Assembly (NCBI GenBank): GCA_964487335.1
Contig: CAZAPT010000004.1
Coordinates: forward strand, 2,427 to 66,426
From: an uncultured Dehalococcoidia bacterium
GTDB taxonomy: Bacteria; Chloroflexota; Dehalococcoidia; DSTF01; JACRBR01
DNA length: 64,000 nucleotides
Reading direction: 5' to 3'
In this document: positions 10,124 to 20,478 of the stretch, piece by piece
Position numbering within the stretch: the first letter of the stretch is position 1
How the letters are laid out: the number at the start of each line of letters is the position of its first letter
Translations under genes and position numbers: made by a program
Notes under the pieces: generated by a model
Told to the model about the DNA's origin: nothing
Databases searched by the model: none
What the model saw: the letters and a program-made list of their open reading frames with translations, nothing else

Positions 10124-10711
10124 GTGTACGTGATCTTTTTCGGGCCGCCGGGCGTCGGCAAAGGGACGCAGGCGGCGATCATCGCCGAGCGCATAGGCTG
10201 GGCGCACATTTCGACGGGCGACATGCTGCGGGAGCACGTGCGCGATGGCACGACGCTCGGCGTGATGGCAGACGGCTACATGAAGAAGGGGCTGCTGGTG
10301 CCCGACGACCTCGTGATCGAGATGTTCATGGGCAGGCTGCTCGATCTGAAGCCGGACCAGGGCTTCGTACTAGACGGCTTCCCGCGCACGCTGGTGCAGG
10401 CAGAAGCGCTCGACGCGGCGCTCGAGCGTGAGGGCAAGGCGATCGACCTGACAGTGAACATCACAGCGCCGGACGATGTGCTTCTGGACCGGATGGCCGG
10501 CAGGGCGGCGGAATCGGCGCGTGCGGACGACACTCCGGAAGCGATGCGGGTGCGTCTCGAGAAGCAGAAGCCGCCCGCAGAGCTGCTCGACCACTATCGG
10601 AAGCAAGGGAAGTTACGAGATGTGGACGGGCGGCCGGACGTGCCCGCGGTAACGAGTGCGATCGTGCGGGCGCTGGGCATCGAACAGCAGACGGCGAAGG
10701 CCTCTTCGTAG
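10124..10711 (+). CDS. adk: Adenylate kinase
   Basis: P-loop GPPGVGKGTQ and an Adk LID region. Confidence 0.93.
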   Translation: MYVIFFGPPGVGKGTQAAIIAERIGWAHISTGDMLREHVRDGTTLGVMADGYMKKGLLVPDDLVIEMFMGRLLDLKPDQGFVLDGFPRTLVQAEALDAALEREGKAIDLTVNITAPDDVLLDRMAGRAAESARADDTPEAMRVRLEKQKPPAELLDHYRKQGKLRDVDGRPDVPAVTSAIVRALGIEQQTAKASS

Positions 10712-10727
10712 AGAGACGCGAGCGACG

Positions 10728-11477
10728 ATGCCCATCATCATCAAGTCGGACGACGAGATCGCGATCATGCGCTGCGCAGGCAGCATCGTGGCGCGCACGC
10801 TTCAGCGGCTGGTCGAGGAGCTGCGTCCGGGGCTCGTGGTGAAAGACCTGGACAAGATCGTTCGGAAGGAATTCGAGCGGCACAAGGTGGTGCCGACGTT
10901 CCTGAACTACCACGGGTACCCGGCGACGGTGTGCGTGTCGGTGAATGAAGAGATCGTGCACGGGATCCCGGGTGACCGGATCATCCAGGAGAGCGATGTC
11001 GTCAGCCTCGACCTGGGGTGTACCTACCGGGGCTTCGTCGCGGACTCGGCGCTGACCGTCATCGTCGGAGATGGGACGCCGGAGAAGAAGAAGCTCGTCG
11101 AAGTGACGAAGGGCGCGCTCGATCAGGGGATCAAGCATGCGCGGGCGGGGCAGCGGCTGGGTGAGATCTCGCACGCGATCGAGTCCTATGTGGCTCCGCA
11201 CGGATTCGGGGTGGTGCGGGAGTACGTCGGGCACGGCGTGGGGCGCCAGATGCATGAGGAGCCGCAGGTGCCGAACTACGGGCCGGCCGACCGCGGGCCG
11301 GTGCTGAAGAAGGGGATGGTGCTGGCGCTGGAGCCGATGGTCACGCTGGGGGACTGGCGCACGCAGCAGCTCGAGGACCATTGGACGGTGACGACGCTGG
11401 ACGGGAGCTTAGCGGCGCACTTCGAGCACACGATTGCCATAACCGATGACGGGCCGATCGTGCTCACGGTGCCGTGA
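10728..11477 (+). CDS. map: Methionine aminopeptidase type I
   Basis: ATG at 10728 inside a longer ORF. MetAP fold motifs are present, with His/Asp/Glu metal ligands. Confidence 0.92.
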   Translation: MPIIIKSDDEIAIMRCAGSIVARTLQRLVEELRPGLVVKDLDKIVRKEFERHKVVPTFLNYHGYPATVCVSVNEEIVHGIPGDRIIQESDVVSLDLGCTYRGFVADSALTVIVGDGTPEKKKLVEVTKGALDQGIKHARAGQRLGEISHAIESYVAPHGFGVVREYVGHGVGRQMHEEPQVPNYGPADRGPVLKKGMVLALEPMVTLGDWRTQQLEDHWTVTTLDGSLAAHFEHTIAITDDGPIVLTVP

Positions 11478-11559
11478 GCGAATCAAACATTTTGTTGGCT
11501 GCAGGGGCGGCCGATTTGGTAGAGTTATAGCTTGAGCGCCCCTGTCAAGAAGGAGCGGA

Positions 11560-11778
11560 ATGCCAAAAAAAGACGCGATTGAGGTCGAGGGCGTCGTCAA
11601 AGAGCCCTTGCCCAACGCGATGTTCAAAGTGGAGTTGCCCAACGGCCACCAAGTGCTGGCGCACATCTCGGGCAAGATCAGGCTCCACTTTATCAAGGTG
11701 CTGCCGGGCGATCGGGTGCTGGTCGAGCTTTCGCCGTACGACCTGACGCGCGGGCGCATCACGTACAGGTTCAGATAG
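11560..11778 (+). CDS. infA: Translation initiation factor IF-1
   Basis: 72 aa, S1-like IF-1 sequence. Confidence 0.95.
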   Translation: MPKKDAIEVEGVVKEPLPNAMFKVELPNGHQVLAHISGKIRLHFIKVLPGDRVLVELSPYDLTRGRITYRFR

Positions 11779-11789
11779 TCGAGGACGAG

Positions 11790-11903
11790 ATGAGAGTCAG
11801 GGCTTCAGTGAAGAAGCGCTGTGAGAAGTGCAAGATCATCAAGCGGCGCGGAGTGATACGGGTGATCTGCGAGATCCCGAAGCACAAGCAGCGACAGGGG
11901 TAG
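11790..11903 (+). CDS. rpmJ: 50S ribosomal protein L36 (zinc-ribbon)
   Basis: Hand-translated as [37 protein letters not shown]. It is too short (37 aa) to appear in the ORF track. Confidence 0.9.
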   Translation: MRVRASVKKRCEKCKIIKRRGVIRVICEIPKHKQRQG

Positions 11904-11906
11904 AGC

Positions 11907-12290
11907 ATGGCACGCATCGCCGGCGTTGACATCCCGCGGGAGAAGCGGGTCGACATTTCGCTGCGGTACATCTACGGGATCGGCGGGACCTCGGCGCGGC
12001 ACATCGTTCGGCAGACGCAGGTCAATCCGGCGACGAAGGTGCGCGACCTGACCGACGAAGAGGTGAACCGGATCCGGGAGATCATCGACAAGGAGTACAC
12101 GGTCGAGGGAGACCTGCGGCGTGAAGTACGGCAGAACATCCAGCGGCTGATCGAGATCAACTGCTACCGGGGCGTACGGCATCGGCGCGGCCTTCCGGTG
12201 CGGGGGCAGCGGACGAAGACAAACGCGCGAACGAAGCGGGGAGCGCGGCGGACGGTCGCCGGGAAGCGCAAGGCGGCGGCCAAGAAGTAA
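11907..12290 (+). CDS. rpsM: 30S ribosomal protein S13
   Basis: S13-like N-terminus [10 protein letters not shown]. Confidence 0.95.
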   Translation: MARIAGVDIPREKRVDISLRYIYGIGGTSARHIVRQTQVNPATKVRDLTDEEVNRIREIIDKEYTVEGDLRREVRQNIQRLIEINCYRGVRHRRGLPVRGQRTKTNARTKRGARRTVAGKRKAAAKK

Positions 12291-12359
12291 ACGATCTGGA
12301 GTGTGCGCCGGGTTTCGTCCCGGAGATGAGCGTCGGGGTACGGCGAGCAGAGGAGACGC

Positions 12360-12761
12360 ATGGCCGAGCGAAAGGCAGCGGCGAAGAGCAAAGGGCGGAA
12401 GCGCGAACGGAAGTCCGTGCCGCGCGGTCGCGCGTACGTGCAGTCGACGTTCAACAACACCCTCATCACGCTGACGGATCCCAGCGGAGCTGTGCTCTCG
12501 TGGGCCAGCGCCGGGCAGTCGGGGTTCAAGGGCTCGCGGAAGAGCACGCCGTACGCGGCGCAGATCGCGGCCGAGGCTGCGGCGCGCCGGGCGATGGAGC
12601 ATGGCCTGCGGCAGGTCGACGTGTTCGTGAAGGGGCCAGGGAGCGGCCGCGAGGCGGCGATCCGTGCACTGCAGTCGAGCGGGCTGATCGTGCTGAGCAT
12701 CAAGGACGCGACGCCGGTGCCACACAACGGATGCCGGCCGCCGAAGCGACGGCGGGTGTAG
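12360..12761 (+). CDS. rpsK: 30S ribosomal protein S11
   Basis: 133 aa, S11-like. Confidence 0.94.
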   Translation: MAERKAAAKSKGRKRERKSVPRGRAYVQSTFNNTLITLTDPSGAVLSWASAGQSGFKGSRKSTPYAAQIAAEAAARRAMEHGLRQVDVFVKGPGSGREAAIRALQSSGLIVLSIKDATPVPHNGCRPPKRRRV

Positions 12762-12771
12762 GGGAGAGTAG

Positions 12772-13407
12772 ATGGCTCGATATACAGGACCGGTGTGCCG
12801 CATCTGCCGCCGCTACGGCGAGAAGCTGATGCTGAAGGGCGACAAGTGCGTGACGAAGTGCACGCTCGACCGGCGGGGCACGCCGCCGGGCGAACCGCCG
12901 AAGGGCGGCACGCGGCGGCGGAAGCTTTCGGACCGGGCGCTGCAGCTTCGAGAGAAGCAGAAGGCGCGGTACTCGTACGGCGTACTGGAGAAGCAGTTCG
13001 TCGACTACTACAAGGACGCGGTCCGACAGCCGGGCGTGACGGGCCAGAACCTCGTGCGGTTGCTCGAGATGCGGCTCGACAACGTGGTGCACAAGATGGG
13101 CTTCGCAGACTCGCTGAAGCAGGCGCGCCAGCTCGTGCGGCACGGGCACATCATGCTGAACGGGCGGAAGACGGACGTCCCATCGGCGAGCGCGAAGGCC
13201 GGGGATGTCATCGGTTGGACGCCGACGGGAAAGAAGACGGAATACTTCAAGATTGCGAAAGAGAACATGTCCAGCAAGCACATCGCGGGGTGGCTGAACG
13301 TCGACCCGGACCAAATGACGGGGCGTATCGTCCTGGCACCGGCGGCCAGCGACACGGAGGGGAAGAAGTTCGACCCGGCCGTGATCGTCGAGTACTACTC
13401 GCGCTAG
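12772..13407 (+). CDS. rpsD: 30S ribosomal protein S4 (zinc-finger form)
   Basis: S4-like N-terminus MARYTGPVCRICRR with an S4 RNA-binding domain. Confidence 0.94.
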   Translation: MARYTGPVCRICRRYGEKLMLKGDKCVTKCTLDRRGTPPGEPPKGGTRRRKLSDRALQLREKQKARYSYGVLEKQFVDYYKDAVRQPGVTGQNLVRLLEMRLDNVVHKMGFADSLKQARQLVRHGHIMLNGRKTDVPSASAKAGDVIGWTPTGKKTEYFKIAKENMSSKHIAGWLNVDPDQMTGRIVLAPAASDTEGKKFDPAVIVEYYSR

Positions 13408-13485
13408 CTGATGGTAGCGCTTGATACGGCGCAGCGGCTGCTCGCGGCCGATGCGCCCATTTTACGCCCGCATGGAGGAGAGACA

Positions 13486-14598
13486 TTGAACGAGCTCGAG
13501 CCCGCTCACATCGAGATCGAAGAAGAGACTGAGACGTACGTGCGCCTTGTCGCCGAGCCGCTGAACGCGGGGTTCGGCACGACGCTGGGGAATGCCTTGC
13601 GGCGCGTGCTGCTGAGCTCGCTGCCGGGCGCGGCGGTGACCTCGGTGCGGATCGAAGAGGTGGAGCACGAGTTCTCGACGATCCCGCACATGAAGGAAGA
13701 CACGACGGAGTTCCTGCTGAATCTGAAGGAGCTGCGGCTGCGGGCGCTTTCCGACCGGCCGGCGAAGCTGTACCTCGAAGCACAGGGCGAGGGGCCGGTG
13801 ACGGCTTCTGCGATCCAGACGACGGCGGACTACGAGATCGTGAACCCGGACCTGCACTTGGCGACGCTCGACGCGGCGGAGGGGCGGCTGACGGTGGAGT
13901 TAAACGTCGAACCGGGGGAGGGGTATGCGCCCGCTGGACAGACCGATGGCCTGCCGATCGGCGTGATCCCTGTGGACGCGATCTTCTCGCCGGTGCGGCG
14001 GGTGAACTTCCATGTCGCGCACACGCGCGTCGGGCAGATGACGAACTACGACAAGCTGACACTGGAAGTGTGGACCGACGGGACCACCTCCGGCGTGGAC
14101 GCGATCAGCAAGAGCGCGGACATCCTCGTTGACGAGCTGCGTATGTTCGCGCAGCTCGGAAAGCCGCTGCCGCCGGTCGTGGAGCGCGGGCTGGGCGTCG
14201 GCACGTCGCTCCCGCCGGACAAGTACAACATCCCGATCGAGGACCTGAACCTCTCGGTGCGCGCGTACAACTGCCTGAAGCGCAGCGGGCTCATGACGGT
14301 GGGTCAGGTTCTCGAGAAGAGCGAGGACGAGCTGCTGTCGTTGCGGAACTTCGGGCGGAAGTCGTACGACGAACTGCGCGACAAGCTCATCGAGATGAAC
14401 CTGCTGGCGCCTTCTGCCGACGGGCTGGACGAGGGTATGGGTGGCATACCGCTCGGGCGCTCGACGCCGGGCGTGGCTCCGGAGCGCGACCGGGATACGG
14501 AAGACCTCAGTCCGCTTGGAGCGGCGCTCATCGAGGCTCTCCGGGAGGCGGGTGAGGACCCGTCGGAGCTGGTGCGACGGCAGGAGCGGGAAGACTAG
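13486..14598 (+). CDS. rpoA: DNA-directed RNA polymerase subunit alpha
   Basis: Likely TTG start at 13486, after a GGAGGAGAGA Shine-Dalgarno; the ORF is open from 13411. It has an alpha N-terminal domain ([11 protein letters not shown]) and a C-terminal domain. Confidence 0.9.
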   Translation: MNELEPAHIEIEEETETYVRLVAEPLNAGFGTTLGNALRRVLLSSLPGAAVTSVRIEEVEHEFSTIPHMKEDTTEFLLNLKELRLRALSDRPAKLYLEAQGEGPVTASAIQTTADYEIVNPDLHLATLDAAEGRLTVELNVEPGEGYAPAGQTDGLPIGVIPVDAIFSPVRRVNFHVAHTRVGQMTNYDKLTLEVWTDGTTSGVDAISKSADILVDELRMFAQLGKPLPPVVERGLGVGTSLPPDKYNIPIEDLNLSVRAYNCLKRSGLMTVGQVLEKSEDELLSLRNFGRKSYDELRDKLIEMNLLAPSADGLDEGMGGIPLGRSTPGVAPERDRDTEDLSPLGAALIEALREAGEDPSELVRRQERED

Positions 14599-14600
14599 CG

Positions 14601-14963
14601 ATGCGCCACAAGGTAAGCGGGCGGAAGTTCGACCGGCCTTCGGACCAGAGGAAGGCGCTGTTCCGGATGCTGGTCGCCGACCTAATGCGCCACGAGCGGT
14701 TGAAGACGACGGAAGCGAAGGCCAAGGAAGTACGGCCGATCGCCGAGAAGATGATCACGCTCGGTAAGGACGGGACCGTGCACGCGCGGCGGCAGGCGTT
14801 CGCGTACATCAACGACAAGGACGTGGTGAAGAAGCTGTTCGACGAGATCGCACCGCGGTTCGCGGCGCGGCCGGGCGGCTACACGCGCATCATCAAGCTC
14901 GGAGCGCGGGTGGGCGACGGCGCGCCGATGGCGCAGTTGGAGCTGGTCGAGAGGGCTGGATAG
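14601..14963 (+). CDS. rplQ: 50S ribosomal protein L17
   Basis: 120 aa; L17-like N-terminus [10 protein letters not shown]. Confidence 0.94.
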   Translation: MRHKVSGRKFDRPSDQRKALFRMLVADLMRHERLKTTEAKAKEVRPIAEKMITLGKDGTVHARRQAFAYINDKDVVKKLFDEIAPRFAARPGGYTRIIKLGARVGDGAPMAQLELVERAG

Positions 14964-14969
14964 CCCGAC

Positions 14970-15743
14970 GTGCGACGCGTTGCGCTGCTCCTCGAATACG
15001 ACGGCACCCGGTACGCGGGCTCGCAGTACCAGGACAACGGGCCGAGCATCCAGGCCGAGGTCGAGGGCGCGATCCGCGAGCTGACGTGCGCGGATGCGCG
15101 CATCGCGCTGGCGGGGCGGACGGATGCGGGAGTGCACGCGCTCGGGCAGGTGGCGGCGTTCGACACCGAGGCGGCGCTTGCACCGCGCGAGTTCGAGCGG
15201 GGGTTGAACCATTTCCTGCCAGAGGACATCGCGGTGGTGGAGGCGGCGGAGGTCGAGGCGAGTTTCGATCCGCGCCGCGACGCGCGCTCGCGGGTGTACC
15301 GGTACCGGATCGACAACCGGCGCGAGCGGGCGCCGCTGTCTCGACGCCGGTCGTGGCAAGTGGCGAAGCGGCTGGACATCGGCGCGATGCGTGACGCAGC
15401 GGTGATGCTCGTCGGGCGACACGATTTCGCGGCGTTCGCCGGGCCGTACGAGGGCAGCACGAGCCGCACGCTCCGGCGGTGCGATCTCAGCGCTCGAGTC
15501 GGGCGCATCCGGGTCGAGATGGAGGCGGAGGCGTTTCTTCCGCACCAGGTCCGGCGCACGGTGGGGGCGCTGGTGGAGGTGGGGACGGGGAAGATGACCG
15601 GTGAGGCGTTCGAGGAACTCATCGGGAACGCGCAGACGGCGACGGCTGGGCCGGTGGCGCCGAGTTGCGGGCTCTATCTTGTATCGATAGCGTATGACCG
15701 GCCCATTTTTGGGACGTGCCAGGGGAGTGGCGGGACGATATGA
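14970..15743 (+). CDS. truA: tRNA pseudouridine(38-40) synthase TruA
   Basis: GTG start; TruA-like sequence with YDGTRYAGSQ and RTDAGVHA motifs. Confidence 0.92.
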   Translation: MRRVALLLEYDGTRYAGSQYQDNGPSIQAEVEGAIRELTCADARIALAGRTDAGVHALGQVAAFDTEAALAPREFERGLNHFLPEDIAVVEAAEVEASFDPRRDARSRVYRYRIDNRRERAPLSRRRSWQVAKRLDIGAMRDAAVMLVGRHDFAAFAGPYEGSTSRTLRRCDLSARVGRIRVEMEAEAFLPHQVRRTVGALVEVGTGKMTGEAFEELIGNAQTATAGPVAPSCGLYLVSIAYDRPIFGTCQGSGGTI

Positions 15744-16183
15744 GCACCTTTCGCCTGAAGCCGAGAGAGATCGAGGAACGCTGGCACGTCGTCGACGCGG
15801 AAGGACAGGCGCTGGGGCGCGTCGCTTCGGACGTCGCGGCGACGCTGCGAGGGAAGAAGCGGCCGTCGTTCACGCCATCGATGCCGAATGGTGACTTCGT
15901 CATCGTGATCAACGCGGCGAAGGTCAAGGTTACGGGAGATACGAGAGACAAGCGGTACTACCGGCACACGATGTATCCCGGAGGACTGCGGTCGGTATCG
16001 CAAGAGAAGTTGCTGGCGACGCGGCCGGAGCGGGTCATCGAGTACGCGGTGAAGGGGATGCTGCCGCACAACTCGCTCGGCGCAAAGCTGCTGAAGCGGC
16101 TGAAGGTGTACGCCGGCCCCGAGCATCCGCACGCGTCACAGGTGAACGCCGGACAGGGCAAGCAGCGCGGTTCAGCGAGTTAA
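15740..16183 (+). CDS. rplM: 50S ribosomal protein L13
   Basis: ATG 15740 overlaps the truA stop; L13-like N-terminus MSTFRLKPREIEERWHVVDA. Confidence 0.92.
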   Translation: MSTFRLKPREIEERWHVVDAEGQALGRVASDVAATLRGKKRPSFTPSMPNGDFVIVINAAKVKVTGDTRDKRYYRHTMYPGGLRSVSQEKLLATRPERVIEYAVKGMLPHNSLGAKLLKRLKVYAGPEHPHASQVNAGQGKQRGSAS

Positions 16184-16201
16184 GGCGGTATCGGAGGTCG
16201 G

Positions 16202-16600
16202 ATGGCGGCGACAGAGAAGTATTTCTACGGCACGGGCCGGCGCAAGACATCGGTAGCGCGCGTGCGGCTGTATCCGGGGTCCGGGGAGATTCTGGTCAAC
16301 GGCAAGGGATATCTGGAGGTCTTCACGCGGGGGTCGCACCAAGCCGCGGTGCTGGCGCCGCTGAAGGCCGCAGGATCAGCGGAGCGGTTCAACGTGCAGG
16401 CGAAGGTCGAGGGCGGCGGGATCACCGGTTGGGCCGGCGCGGTGTCGCACGGGATCGCTCGGGCATTGTCGAAGTCCGACGAGGCGCTGAAGCCGTCGCT
16501 GCGGCGGCAGAACCTGCTGACCCGCGACTCACGGATGAAGGAACGCAAGAAGGTTGGTCTGAAGCGCGCGCGGAAGGCGCCTCAGTACACCAAGCGCTAA
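16202..16600 (+). CDS. rpsI: 30S ribosomal protein S9
   Basis: 132 aa, S9-like; C-terminus ...KAPQYTKR. Confidence 0.94.
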   Translation: MAATEKYFYGTGRRKTSVARVRLYPGSGEILVNGKGYLEVFTRGSHQAAVLAPLKAAGSAERFNVQAKVEGGGITGWAGAVSHGIARALSKSDEALKPSLRRQNLLTRDSRMKERKKVGLKRARKAPQYTKR

Positions 16601-16609
16601 CTCTCGGTT

Positions 16610-16981
16610 CTACTCCTTGGCCTTGGACGATCGGGTCCGCGTCGTTGACGCTCGGGGCTTCGCGGCGGCACGCCGCTTCGGCGCGGCGGCACGCTTAGCC
16701 GGCGCACCGGTCGCTGCGGGCCCGGCGGCGCGGTTGCGGTGGCGCATCAGACGCGACTTGTACCGGGATGCGGCGTTTGGGTGGATGACCCGGCGCTTGG
16801 CGGCGCGGTCCAGGACGCGCGAAGCCTCGCGGATGGCGTGGTCCGCATTCCCTGACTCCGCTGCGGCGTGGGCGGTGCGCACGGCGGTGCGGGCGGCGGA
16901 GCGGACGGGCTTGTTACGGGCGCGATGCGCCTCATTCTGGCGCCAGCGCTTGAGGGCAGATTTCGAATGTGCCAATGTCAT
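16610..16981 (-). CDS. rpsT: 30S ribosomal protein S20 (with an Ala/Lys-rich C-terminal extension)
   Basis: S20-like sequence MTLAHSKSALKRWRQNE... within a longer minus-strand ORF; it converges on rpsI. Confidence 0.85.
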   Translation of the reverse strand: MTLAHSKSALKRWRQNEAHRARNKPVRSAARTAVRTAHAAAESGNADHAIREASRVLDRAAKRRVIHPNAASRYKSRLMRHRNRAAGPAATGAPAKRAAAPKRRAAAKPRASTTRTRSSKAKE

Positions 16982-17115
16982 TTCCTCCGGATGAACACGA
17001 CATGGTATCGGTGCGTCATGCCGGCGTCCAATTGGACGTGCGCCCGTGGATCGGACGGGCGTAGTATGATGCTTCGACGCCGGCGCCGCTCCAGTGGCAT
17101 CGACGCGCACGATTC

Positions 17116-18780
17116 ATGCTTCGAACGTTACGCGGCCGCTTCTTCACCGATGTAGGCGAGCGGGTCGAGTCAACAGCAACACAACCCCCCAGCCTCGCGG
17201 TCGCGGCGTCGGTCGTGGCGCTTGGTTTCCTGGGCAGCCGCTTGCTGGGTCTGCTCCGCACGGTCGTGATCGCGCACCAATTCGGTACGAGCCCGGACCT
17301 CGACGCGTACTTCGTTGCGTTCCGGATCCCGGACCTTGTGTTTCAGCTGCTGGCGGGGGCGACGTTGGGGAGCGCCTTCATCCCGACATTCGCGCGCGTG
17401 CTGAACGCCAGCGGCGAGCGCGCGGCGTGGCGACTAGCATCATCGGTGTTGAACCTGGTGTTCCTGGCGACGCTCGTAGCGGCGCTTGTGGGGCTGCTGC
17501 TGGCGCCGTGCCTAGTACCCATCACCGCGCCGGGTCTCGGGGACGATACGGCGCAACACGCGCAACTCACTTCGCTTGCGGTGGACCTGACGCGCATCAT
17601 GCTTATTTCTCCGGTGCTGTTCGCGGTGAGCGGAATGTTCATGGGGATACTGAACGCGAGGCATCATTTCCTCGCGCCGGCGCTGGCGCCGATGTTCTAC
17701 AACGCGTCGATCATCGTCGCAGCGTTGTTCTCAAACGACGTGAAGGTGCTGGCGTTCGCGGTGGTGATAGGAGCGCTGCTGCATCTGCTGGTGCAGATCC
17801 CGGCCCTGGCACTGGTAGGCATGCGATGGGAGCGGCTGACGGAGTGGCGTGACAAGGCGGTACGCGAGGTCGGGCGGCTGATGGGGCCACGTGTCATCGG
17901 GCTGGCGGCGTTCCAGATCAATTTCCTGATCGCGACGTTTTTCGCATCGATTGTTAGCTCTGGCGCTATTTCGGCGATCAACTACGCGTGGCTGATCGTG
18001 ATGACGCCACTCGGCCTTTTCGGAATGGCGATCTCGACGGCGGTGTTCCCGCGGATGGCGGAGCAGGCGGCGCGAGAGGAGGGTGAGCTAAAGGACACGT
18101 TGTGGACGTCGCTTCGCCTCATCCTCTTTCTGAGCATTCCTTCGAGCGTTGGACTGATGGTGCTCGCGAAGCCGTTGACGGCGTTCCTGCTGCAAGGCGG
18201 CGCGTTCGGTTCGTCGTCCACGGACCTGGTCGTGGGCGCGCTGGTGCTCTATGCAGTGGCGCTGTTCGCGCATAGCGGTATCGAGATCCTGAGCCGCGGA
18301 TTCTATGCTATGAGCGATACGCGGACGCCGGTTGCGTTCGCCGTGCTGTCGATGCTCATCAACCTGGCGCTATCGATCGCGCTGGTGTGGCCGTTCGGGG
18401 TGAAGGGCCTGGCGGCGTCACTTTCGGTGGCTACGATCGTCGAGTTCACGCTGCTGGCCCGCACGCTTCGCCGCCGGCTTCCGGGGAGTGACGACGCGCG
18501 CACTGTGAGGTCGGTGCTGCGAACGGCTGCGGGAGCCCTTGTGATGGCGGAAGTCATCGCATTGTGGCTCGCGCTGCTGGAGCTGATGGGATTGCTGGAC
18601 CTCGCGAACAAACCCGATGCGGCCCTGGCACTGATCGGCGGTGTCGCGCTGGGGGCCGCATCGTACCTCTGGGTGTGCCGTCTCCTGGGCAGTGAGGAAG
18701 TGCAAATCGTGGGCCAGCGCTTGCCTGTACCGGCGGGTGTTCGTCAATTTTTGATGGGTTCGGCAGAGCCCCTATTGTGA
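17116..18780 (+). CDS. murJ: Lipid II flippase MurJ (MviN)
   Basis: 554 aa, polytopic membrane protein with MurJ/MOP-family sequence features. Confidence 0.88.
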   Translation: MLRTLRGRFFTDVGERVESTATQPPSLAVAASVVALGFLGSRLLGLLRTVVIAHQFGTSPDLDAYFVAFRIPDLVFQLLAGATLGSAFIPTFARVLNASGERAAWRLASSVLNLVFLATLVAALVGLLLAPCLVPITAPGLGDDTAQHAQLTSLAVDLTRIMLISPVLFAVSGMFMGILNARHHFLAPALAPMFYNASIIVAALFSNDVKVLAFAVVIGALLHLLVQIPALALVGMRWERLTEWRDKAVREVGRLMGPRVIGLAAFQINFLIATFFASIVSSGAISAINYAWLIVMTPLGLFGMAISTAVFPRMAEQAAREEGELKDTLWTSLRLILFLSIPSSVGLMVLAKPLTAFLLQGGAFGSSSTDLVVGALVLYAVALFAHSGIEILSRGFYAMSDTRTPVAFAVLSMLINLALSIALVWPFGVKGLAASLSVATIVEFTLLARTLRRRLPGSDDARTVRSVLRTAAGALVMAEVIALWLALLELMGLLDLANKPDAALALIGGVALGAASYLWVCRLLGSEEVQIVGQRLPVPAGVRQFLMGSAEPLL

Positions 18781-18838
18781 GGCTTCGAGGGCTGCCGATA
18801 TACTGATGATGGTGGTTCCGGGCGCGGCATGACAGACA

Positions 18839-18865
18839 GTGCGGCCTACAGGGCCGCACATTTAT
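18839..18865 (+). terminator. Candidate intrinsic terminator after murJ
   Basis: Stem GTGCGGCC / GGCCGCAC with a TACA loop, followed by ATTTAT. Confidence 0.4.
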
Positions 18866-18886
18866 GTCCCGAAGGGGAGGAGCATC

Positions 18887-19250
18887 TTTGAGTTTCGCAG
18901 ACAAGACGCTCGTGTGCCGCGACTGCAAGCAGAACTTCACGTTCACGGCGGGCGAGCAGGAGTTCTACGCCAACAAGGGGCTGCAGAACGAGCCGGTGCG
19001 GTGTCCTTCGTGCCGCGCATCGCGGAAGTCGACGCGCACGAACGAGCCGGACGAGGGTTACGTGCGGTACGGCGTATTCGCGAGTTTCGGCGGGCGAACG
19101 CCTCGCCAAATGCACCCGGCAACGTGCGCGGAGTGCGGGATGATGACGGAAGTGCCCTTCCAGCCGCGAGGGGACAGGCCGGTGTACTGCAGCTCGTGCT
19201 ACAACAAGGTACGCGAGAACGAAAATCCATCCGCGGAACGCGCCAGTTAA
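18887..19250 (+). CDS. Small tandem zinc-ribbon protein (four CxxC pairs; zf-trcl-like)
   Basis: Probable TTG start after a GGAGGAG Shine-Dalgarno. It contains two similar CxxC-x~17-CxxC modules: C.DC..F.FT..EQEFY..KG....P.RC..CR and CAECG...PF.P.GDRPVYCSSCY. Confidence 0.65.
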
Positions 19251-19269
19251 CGGCTGCGCAGCACGCGAA

Positions 19270-19297
19270 CAAAATGCCCCGAGCGATCGGGGCATTT
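19270..19297. terminator. Bidirectional rho-independent terminator
   Basis: Perfect inverted repeat AAAATGCCCCGA-gcga-TCGGGGCATTTT between two convergent genes, with an A-tract on one side and a T-tract on the other. Confidence 0.7.
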
Positions 19298-19315
19298 TCG
19301 ATCTCTGCCGCCGCC

Positions 19316-20404
19316 TCAGGCGCGGGCGAAGCCGAATTTCTGTGACAGGTTGTGACGGGTGCCGTCGGCGATGACCGTGAGCGTGCCGTCGTCCTCGTGC
19401 ATGAACGTGAAGCCGGCGGATGGATCGCGCGGCCGGACGAGCGACGCGCTGATGGCGAGGGCGAGGTTGGAGTCGAGGAAGACCTCGGCCGACTCGACGT
19501 TGGCGTCGAACTTCTTCCAGCTGATGCCTTCGGAGATCGTGGAGCCAGACAGGCCGCCGGTCTCGGCGGGTTCGATGCTGAAGCGGATGGCCTCGGCGTG
19601 GCCCTTGCTCTTCGCCATGAACATGTAGGAGCCGATCTGCGACTGTTGGATGTGATTCCGGGGGGCGCCGCCGCCGAAAATGACTGTCGACGTCCGCAGG
19701 CCAAGCTCTTCGGCGAGCAGGACGAGCGCGGACATCTCGAGGACGTCCTGGACGACGTCGAAGACGATGCGTCGTCCGGTCTGCGTCCACAGGAGGCCGA
19801 GGTCCATCCCGAGAACTGAGTCGCCGATGGCGGGGCAGTAGATCGGGACGCCGGCCTCGGCAGCGGCGGTGATGAATCCGGGTTGCGAACCGATGCGCTT
19901 GAAGAACGAGCCGAGGCGGAAGACGTACTCCCGCGTGGTGAGCGGCCGATCGGGGAGGGTCTGCGCGAAGTCGAAGATCATCGGTTCGACGCGGCGATAG
20001 TCGGCTTCGTCCCCGAAGGTGTCCCAGAAGCGGTTGACGTCGTGCGCGGCGAGCGCGGTGTCATCAGCGGTCACGACGCCCTGGTAGTGCTTACTGCCGA
20101 TCGTCTCGAGCATGTCGTGAGTGATCTGCGCGCCGGTGACGTCGAGGACATCGATGCTGCGCTGCTCGATCAGTGACGCGATCGCGGGGCCGAACCCAAG
20201 CGGGACGGGCGCGCCGGCGATCGAGCAAAACACGACGCGCTGACGATCGAGCATGGCGTTCCACAAGTCGATCGCCGCGGCGAGGCGGCGGGGCTGTCCG
20301 CCGGTGCGGCCGAGCGCCTCGATGAAGGCGCGAAGCGATGCCTCCGCGTCGGGACGGAAGCGTGTGATGGGCGTGGAGAAATATTCGCTCGCCACGGAGA
20401 GCAA
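19316..20404 (-). CDS. Deoxyhypusine synthase-like protein
   Basis: 362 aa, DHS-family sequence with a Rossmann-like NAD-binding core. Confidence 0.75.
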   Translation of the reverse strand: MLSVASEYFSTPITRFRPDAEASLRAFIEALGRTGGQPRRLAAAIDLWNAMLDRQRVVFCSIAGAPVPLGFGPAIASLIEQRSIDVLDVTGAQITHDMLETIGSKHYQGVVTADDTALAAHDVNRFWDTFGDEADYRRVEPMIFDFAQTLPDRPLTTREYVFRLGSFFKRIGSQPGFITAAAEAGVPIYCPAIGDSVLGMDLGLLWTQTGRRIVFDVVQDVLEMSALVLLAEELGLRTSTVIFGGGAPRNHIQQSQIGSYMFMAKSKGHAEAIRFSIEPAETGGLSGSTISEGISWKKFDANVESAEVFLDSNLALAISASLVRPRDPSAGFTFMHEDDGTLTVIADGTRHNLSQKFGFARA

Positions 20405-20478
20405 TCGCCGGCTATGTGCGTGAGGACGCGGGGATTATCGGATCAGACGATGGTTGGGGCAAACAAGCGCGAGGTCAG

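Noticed and set aside
11500-11548. Inverted repeat CAGGGGCG...CGCCCCTG upstream of infA as a terminator or attenuator
   Set aside because: The stems are separated by about 30 nt and there is no T-tract. It may be a leader structure, but the evidence is too weak to call.
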